Shown here: in pieces, positions 58,309-64,000 of the stretch
Layout: each line of letters opens with the position of its first letter
Position numbering within the stretch: the first letter of the stretch is position 1
NCBI GenBank assembly: GCA_031415095.1
Contig: JANORD010000363.1
Location: 1,557 to 65,556, forward strand
Length of the DNA: 64,000 bases
Direction: 5' to 3'
Origin: Lysobacteraceae bacterium
GTDB taxonomy: Bacteria > Pseudomonadota > Gammaproteobacteria > Xanthomonadales > Xanthomonadaceae
Made by a program: the position numbers and the translations under genes
The notes under the pieces: model-generated
Told to the model about the DNA's origin: nothing
What the model saw: the letters and a program-made list of their open reading frames with translations, nothing else
Databases searched by the model: none

Positions 58309-60072
58309 ATGCGCATCCGCCTGCTGCTGCTCGCACTCCTGGTCACGGCTGGCGGCCGTTCCCCAGACAGCCTGGCCCAGGTCGCGGCCAGCGCCCCGGA
58401 AGCCTGCTTTTCAAGCCTTGGCCCGCTGCAGGGCGCGGGACTGCGCAGCCCGATGGAAGGGCAAACGGTTTGCGTGGAGGCGCTGGTGGCGGCCAACTTC
58501 AGCGGCGGCCTGGGCGGCGTCTTCCTGCAGTCCCTCGCCGACGATGGCGATGAGGCCACGTCGGAAGGGCTGTTCCTGCCCCGCAAGCCCGCCGCCGAAC
58601 CCAAGCTGCGCGTGGGCGACCGCGTGCGCGTGACGGGCGTGGTGACCGAGTTGGGTGACGGCGATGCAAGCCTGACCGCCCTGCTGGCAGACAGCGTCGT
58701 GGTGCTGGGCAGCGGGGCAGTGCCGCGTATCACCGCGCTGGCGCAGGCGCCGGCCGATTGGGAGCGCTACGAAGGCATGCCGCTGCAGCTGGACGCGCCG
58801 CTCACCGTCACCGGCAATGATGGCCTTGGGCGCTACGGCGAACTGATGGTCAGCTTCAGCGGCCGCCTGTTCGCGCCCACCGAACTGGCACCGCCGGGTC
58901 CGCAGGCCGACGCCATCGCTACGCAGAACGCGCGGCAGATGCTCAGGCTGGACGATGGCCGCGGCCAGCCCGAACCCAAGACACTCTGGATGCTGCCCGA
59001 AGGCTGGGACGACGCCCAGCCGCTGCGCACGGGCAGCGTGGTGACCGGCGTGCACGGCGTGCTGGACCAGCGCTACGGCAGCTACCGCCTGCAGTTGACC
59101 CAGCCGCTGGGCGCCATCGAACAGGCGCCGCGCCCGGCGCCACCCACGGTGCCGGGCAACCGCCGCATCGCCGGCTTCAACGTGCTGAATCTTTTCAACG
59201 GCGATGGCCGCGGCGGCGGCTTCCCCACCGAACGCGGCGCGGCCACGGCCGAGCAGCATGCGCGCCAGCTCGCCAAACTGGTGCGCGTGGTGCAGGCGCT
59301 GGACCCGGACGTTGCGGCGTTGATGGAGTTGGAGAACGACGGCTACGGGCCGGAGTCGGCGCTGGCGCAGTTCGTGGCCGCGCTCAATGCCGCCGGACCG
59401 CATCGCGACTGGCGCTTCGTGCAGACCGAGAATGGTCCAGGCAGCGACAGCATCCGCGTGGGCTTGATCTATCGAAGCAGCCGAGTGGCCACGGTTGGCG
59501 CGCCGGCCACGGTGGCGGACGGCCCGTTCCAGCGCTACAGCCGCGCGCCAATGGCGCAGGCGTTCCGCGCCGGCAGCGGGCCGGTGTTCGTGGTGGTCGC
59601 CAATCACTTCAAGTCCAAAGGCGGCTGCCCCGAGGCCAGCGGCGGCGATGCTGACGCCGGCGACGGCCAGGCCTGCTTCAACGCCACCCGCGTGGCCAGC
59701 GCCGAAGCGCTGCACGCCTGGTTGGCCACCGATCCCACCGGCAGCGCGCCAGCAGGCGGCCTGATCATCGGAGACCTCAACGCCTACGCGCAGGAAGATC
59801 CCCTGCGCGCGCTGTACGCGCTGGGCTGGCGCGATGCGTTCGCCATCACCGGCGCGCAGCGTCCCTATTCCTACGTTTGGGCCGGGCAATCGGCTCGGCT
59901 AGACCACGCGCTGCTCGACGCCGGTTTGGCGGCGCACCTGCGCGGCGCAGCGGAATGGCACAGCAACGCCGATGAGTCCGAGCGCTTCGACTACCGCGCC
60001 GATGACGGCAGCGACCCGTGGCGCGCATCCGACCACGACCCCGTGCTGCTCGGTCTTGACCTGGCCCGCTAA
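58309..60072 (+). CDS. ExeM/NucH family extracellular endonuclease
   Basis: Signal peptide, OB fold (TSEGLF), FNVLN, ELEN, NHFKSK, GDLNAY, SDHDP. Confidence 0.92.
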   Translation: MRIRLLLLALLVTAGGRSPDSLAQVAASAPEACFSSLGPLQGAGLRSPMEGQTVCVEALVAANFSGGLGGVFLQSLADDGDEATSEGLFLPRKPAAEPKLRVGDRVRVTGVVTELGDGDASLTALLADSVVVLGSGAVPRITALAQAPADWERYEGMPLQLDAPLTVTGNDGLGRYGELMVSFSGRLFAPTELAPPGPQADAIATQNARQMLRLDDGRGQPEPKTLWMLPEGWDDAQPLRTGSVVTGVHGVLDQRYGSYRLQLTQPLGAIEQAPRPAPPTVPGNRRIAGFNVLNLFNGDGRGGGFPTERGAATAEQHARQLAKLVRVVQALDPDVAALMELENDGYGPESALAQFVAALNAAGPHRDWRFVQTENGPGSDSIRVGLIYRSSRVATVGAPATVADGPFQRYSRAPMAQAFRAGSGPVFVVVANHFKSKGGCPEASGGDADAGDGQACFNATRVASAEALHAWLATDPTGSAPAGGLIIGDLNAYAQEDPLRALYALGWRDAFAITGAQRPYSYVWAGQSARLDHALLDAGLAAHLRGAAEWHSNADESERFDYRADDGSDPWRASDHDPVLLGLDLAR

Positions 60073-60088
60073 GAGCTATCATCCCGCC

Positions 60089-60760
60089 ATGGACGCCTTG
60101 CCCGCCTTTCCGGCCGAATCCGGCCCGCTGCTGCTGCCCGGCCCCGCCGGCATGCTGGAGCTGATGATCGACCTGCCCGAACCCGGGCAGGAGCGCGCCG
60201 GCGTAGCCGTGGTCTGCCACCCCAACCCGCCCGACGGCGGCACCCTGCACAACAAGGTGGTCACCATGACCGCCCGCGCGCTCAGTGAGCTGGGCCTGGC
60301 CGCCGTGCGCTTCAACTTCCGCGGCATCGGCCAGTCCGAGGGCAGCTTCGACGACGGCCGTGGCGAAACCCTGGACCTGCTCGCCGTCACCGACTGGCTC
60401 AAGAAAGTGCGGCCGGGCGACGCGCTCTGGCTCGCCGGTTTTTCCTTCGGCAGCTGGGTGGCGCTGCAGGGCGCGCGCCACCTGCCGGTGAAGCAGATGA
60501 TCTCGATCGCGCCGCCAGTGGGCCTGCGCGAGTTCGCCGGCGTGCTGCCGCCGCCCTGCCCCTGGCTGCTGATCCAGGGCGAAGCCGACGACCTGGTGGA
60601 CCCGAACGCGGTGTATGCCTGGGTGGATTCGCTGCGCGACAAACCCACCCTGGTGCGCATGCCCGACACCGGGCATTTTTTCCACCGGCGCCTGATGGAC
60701 CTGCGCGGCGCCATCAAGAACGGCGTACGCAAGAACCTGCCCCCGCCGCGCCATGGCTAG
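60089..60760 (+). CDS. Alpha/beta hydrolase
   Basis: CHPNP..GGT..NKVV, RFNFRG, GFSFG, HFFH. Confidence 0.9.
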   Translation: MDALPAFPAESGPLLLPGPAGMLELMIDLPEPGQERAGVAVVCHPNPPDGGTLHNKVVTMTARALSELGLAAVRFNFRGIGQSEGSFDDGRGETLDLLAVTDWLKKVRPGDALWLAGFSFGSWVALQGARHLPVKQMISIAPPVGLREFAGVLPPPCPWLLIQGEADDLVDPNAVYAWVDSLRDKPTLVRMPDTGHFFHRRLMDLRGAIKNGVRKNLPPPRHG

Positions 60761-61862
60761 ATCCACCGCGGGCCTGCCGCCGTCGGCGGTGTACGGCAAC
60801 GGCGTCACCACCCGCCGCTGGCAGCGCGATCCGGCGCAGCAGCAGGCGTTGGCCGAACTCGACCGCATACACCGCCAGGTGCCGGCGCGCCTACGCAAGC
60901 CGCTGCTGCGGCGCTGGCTGTGGAAGCTGCGGCCGCCAACGCCGGTGCGCGGCGTGTACCTGTGGGGCGGCGTGGGCCGCGGCAAGACCTTCCTCAACGA
61001 CCTGCTGTTCGAACAGCTGGGCGACCTGCCGCGGCGGCGCTGGCATTTCCATCGCTTCATGGTGGAAGTGCACGCACGCCTGCTGGCCCTGCCCGAAGGC
61101 ACCGCCGACACCGTGGCGGTGGTGGCCGACGCGCTGGCGGATGAAATGCGCCTGCTGGTGCTGGACGAGTTCATCGTCAGCGACATCGCCGACGCGATGA
61201 TCCTGGGGCGGCTGCTGGAGCGCCTGTTCGCGCGCGGCGTGGTGCTGGTCACCACGTCCAACACCGCGCCTGAAAATCTCTACCGGGACGGGCTGCAGCG
61301 TGCACGCTTCCTGCCGGCCATCGCCTTGATCCAGCAGCACTGCGCGGTGCAGCACCTCGACAGCCCGCTGGACTACCGCCTGCGCCAGCTCACGCGCGCG
61401 CCCACCTACCTCACGCCGCTGGGCGAGCCGGCCGAGCGTGCGCTGGCCGAGCATTTCGAACACCTGGCCGCGGACAGCCCGCGCGAAGAAGGCCCGCTGG
61501 TGGTGAACGGGCGGCCCATCCCGGCGCGCGCCCTGGCCGAGGGTATCGCCTGGTTTGATTTCAGCGCGCTGTGCGAGGGCCCGCGTGCCGCCGCCGACTA
61601 CATCGAGGTGGCGCGCAGTTTCCACACCGTGCTGGTGTCGGGCGTGCCCACGTTCGACATCGCGCATGAGAATGCGGCACGCCGTTTCGTGCACCTGGTG
61701 GACGAGCTGTACGACCGCAACGTGAACCTGCTGCTGAGCGCGGCGGCCGAGCCGCTGAGGCTTTATGGCGGCGACAAGCTGCGCCAGGAGTTCGAGCGCA
61801 CGGCGTCGCGGCTGGTGGAAATGCGCAGCGAGGAATTCATGGCGCGCGAGCACCGGCCGTGA
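60753..61862 (+). CDS. zapE: Cell division ATPase ZapE (AFG1 family)
   Basis: GGVGRGKT Walker A, HFHRFM, LDEF, RTASRLVEM. Confidence 0.93.
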   Translation: MARSTAGLPPSAVYGNGVTTRRWQRDPAQQQALAELDRIHRQVPARLRKPLLRRWLWKLRPPTPVRGVYLWGGVGRGKTFLNDLLFEQLGDLPRRRWHFHRFMVEVHARLLALPEGTADTVAVVADALADEMRLLVLDEFIVSDIADAMILGRLLERLFARGVVLVTTSNTAPENLYRDGLQRARFLPAIALIQQHCAVQHLDSPLDYRLRQLTRAPTYLTPLGEPAERALAEHFEHLAADSPREEGPLVVNGRPIPARALAEGIAWFDFSALCEGPRAAADYIEVARSFHTVLVSGVPTFDIAHENAARRFVHLVDELYDRNVNLLLSAAAEPLRLYGGDKLRQEFERTASRLVEMRSEEFMAREHRP

Positions 61863-63172
61863 AGCGCGCGGCGCCCTGGCTGGCGGCGGCGCTGGGCTTG
61901 GCGCTCACGCTGGGGGTGTTTTGGCCCGGGTACCTGAGCTGGGATTCGGCCTATCAATGGTGGCAGGCGCGCACCGGCGAACTCGACCCGACCCATCCGC
62001 CGGTGATGGTGCGGCTGTGGCAAATGTCGCGAATGGTGCTGCCCGATCCGGGCGGAATGCTGGCGCTGCAGGCAGCGGTTTGGTGGGGCGCGCTGGCGGC
62101 GTTCTCTTCAGCCTTGGGTGGCAGTGCGGTGCGGCGCGTGCTGCGGGTGCTGGCGCTGGGCTTCTGGCCGCCGCTGTTCGCGCTGCTGCCGCATCTGTGG
62201 AAAGACATCTGGATGATCGGGCTGTTCACGCTGGCCGTGGCCTGCCTGGCGCGGGACCTGCGCGCGCCGGGCCGGCGCTGGCGGGTCGCGGCGCTGCTGG
62301 CGCTGGTGCTGGCCTGCGCGTTCCGGTTCAACGCGCTGCCGGGCGCGCTGCCGCTGCTGGCGTGGATAGGCTGGCGTGAATTCCCGGGGCGTCGCGTTGC
62401 CGCCACTCTGGCAACGCTGGGCGGCACCGCGGTGGTGTGGCTGGTGGGCGCAGCGCTCAACTACATGCCGGGCCAGCGGCCGGTGCCGGTGTGGCCGGTG
62501 GTGGCGATGTGGGACATCGCTGCGGTGTCGATAGCGCAGGACCGGCTGCTGTTTCCGCCGGAATGGGTGAGCGACGATTTGACCGTGGCGGACCTGCGGC
62601 GCGATTTCCAGCCCTACGTCAACGTGCCCAGCTTCGAGAGCGGGCAACTGCGGCTGAATCTTTACTACGACTACACGCCGTCGCAATTCGCTGACCTTCG
62701 GGTCGCATGGCTGGGGCTGGCGCGCGCGTTTCCGCGCGATTACTTCGCGCATCGGCTGGAAGTTTCGGCGTACCTGCTGGGCCTGCGTCAGGACGCCCAG
62801 CCCGATGGCCTGGTGCTGCAGCCGGGCGTGGTGGCGTTTCGCGACAATCCGGCGCTCGCCACCCACACCGGCGCCTTGCATTCCGCGCTGCTGCCGCGCC
62901 TGGCGCGGGCGGTGGACACGCCGCTGTTTGCACCCTGGCCCTACCTGCTGCTGGCGGTGGCGCTGCTGCTGTCGGCTGCGATGCCGTCACGCCGCCGGGG
63001 CCTGCCGGGCTTGGCGGCGGCCGTGTCCGCCTCCAGCCTGGGGCGGGCGCTGCCGTTGGTACTGCTCGCCCCGAGTTCGGATTTCCGCTACCTGGGCTGG
63101 TGCGTGATGGCCGCGCTGCTGGCCGCCCTGCTGGCGTGGCCGCGCGCCGCGGAGGGCCGCGCATCCCGCTGA
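61859..63172 (+). CDS. Polytopic membrane protein, possibly GT-C-like
   Basis: PGYLSWDS, HPP, WKD, DFRY; multiple TM helices. Confidence 0.6.
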   Translation: MKRAAPWLAAALGLALTLGVFWPGYLSWDSAYQWWQARTGELDPTHPPVMVRLWQMSRMVLPDPGGMLALQAAVWWGALAAFSSALGGSAVRRVLRVLALGFWPPLFALLPHLWKDIWMIGLFTLAVACLARDLRAPGRRWRVAALLALVLACAFRFNALPGALPLLAWIGWREFPGRRVAATLATLGGTAVVWLVGAALNYMPGQRPVPVWPVVAMWDIAAVSIAQDRLLFPPEWVSDDLTVADLRRDFQPYVNVPSFESGQLRLNLYYDYTPSQFADLRVAWLGLARAFPRDYFAHRLEVSAYLLGLRQDAQPDGLVLQPGVVAFRDNPALATHTGALHSALLPRLARAVDTPLFAPWPYLLLAVALLLSAAMPSRRRGLPGLAAAVSASSLGRALPLVLLAPSSDFRYLGWCVMAALLAALLAWPRAAEGRASR

Positions 63173-63221
63173 GGTCGGTACGCGCAGTGCTAGCATCGGT
63201 CGTCCATTCCAAGGGAAACCC

Positions 63222-64000
63222 ATGCGCACGATCCTGCTCGCTTCCTGCATTGCCGCGGCTCTTTGCGGCACCGCCCAAGCCGCCACGCCCAACGTGGACG
63301 CACTCGCCACCACCGTGGACGCCAAGGTGCAGGCCTGGCGCCGCGACATCCACCAGCATCCGGAGCTCGGCAATCGCGAAGTGCGCACCGCGGCGCTCGT
63401 CGCCGCACACCTGCGCGCGCTGGGCCTCGAGGACGTGCGCACCGGCATCGCCACCACCGGCGTCACCGCCGTGCTGCGCGGCGGCAAGCCCGGCCCGCGC
63501 ATCGCCCTGCGCGCCGACATGGACGCGCTGCCGGTCACCGAGCGCAGCGGCCTGCCCTTCGCGTCCAAGGTAACCACGCAGTTCAACGGCCAGACCACCG
63601 GCGTGATGCACGCCTGCGGCCACGATGGCCACACCGGCATCCTGATGGGCGTAGCCGAGGCATTGGCGTCGATCAAGGCCGAACTGCCCGGCGAGATCCT
63701 CTTCATCTTCCAGCCGGCCGAGGAAGGCCCGCCGGACGGCGAACTGGGCGGTGCCAGCGAGATGCTGGCGCAGGGCATCTTCGAGCGCTTCAAACCGGAA
63801 GCCGTTTTCGGGCTGCACGTGTGGAGCACGCTCAGCGTTGGCCAGGTGGGCTACCGCAGCGGGCCGTTCATGGCCGCCTCGGACCGCTTCAACATCGTAG
63901 TGAAAGGTCGTCAGACGCACGGCTCGCGGCCCTGGGGCGGCGTGGATCCGATCGTGGCCGCTGCCGAGCTGGTGGGCAGCGCGCAGACCATCGTCAGCCG
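63222..64000 (+). CDS. M20 family amidohydrolase (runs off window end)
   Basis: Signal peptide, RRDIHQHPEL, RADMDALP, MHACGHD, FQPAEEG. Confidence 0.92.
   Translation, partial: MRTILLASCIAAALCGTAQAATPNVDALATTVDAKVQAWRRDIHQHPELGNREVRTAALVAAHLRALGLEDVRTGIATTGVTAVLRGGKPGPRIALRADMDALPVTERSGLPFASKVTTQFNGQTTGVMHACGHDGHTGILMGVAEALASIKAELPGEILFIFQPAEEGPPDGELGGASEMLAQGIFERFKPEAVFGLHVWSTLSVGQVGYRSGPFMAASDRFNIVVKGRQTHGSRPWGGVDPIVAAAELVGSAQTIVS

Overview
High-GC gammaproteobacterial chromosome segment whose gene content and order look Xanthomonadales-like (inference from protein similarity). Core-type genes: tatABC, glyQS, tamAB, a GDSL autotransporter esterase, mnmG, pepN, bioBFHC/comF with a BirA-type operator, ubiA, tRNA-Arg(CCG), cytochrome c5, an ExeM-type nuclease, zapE and an M20 amidohydrolase. 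An accessory region follows the tRNA (about 32.9-40.8 kb). It has integrase-arm-like repeats, a 17-bp direct repeat enclosing an AT-richer islet, an orphan AbiEi-like regulator, a nested palindromic element, hipBA, an RHH/small-protein pair and a compact HDAC. Best candidates for something new: (1) two convergent, unannotated sRNAs upstream of mnmG, one with a sigma54 promoter and G-rich loops and one with C-rich loops, whose loops are mutually complementary (possible sRNA/sponge pair); (2) a CopL-like Cys-rich leader ending in RPPIA whose 3' flank can pair with the RBS of a beta-barrel/HMA/MerT-like metal operon; (3) a signal-peptide-bearing NAD(P) dehydrogenase next to an NTT-family transporter. 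No CRISPR array, rRNA, integrase or transposase was seen. All calls come from reading motifs by eye; no database searches or folding programs were run.
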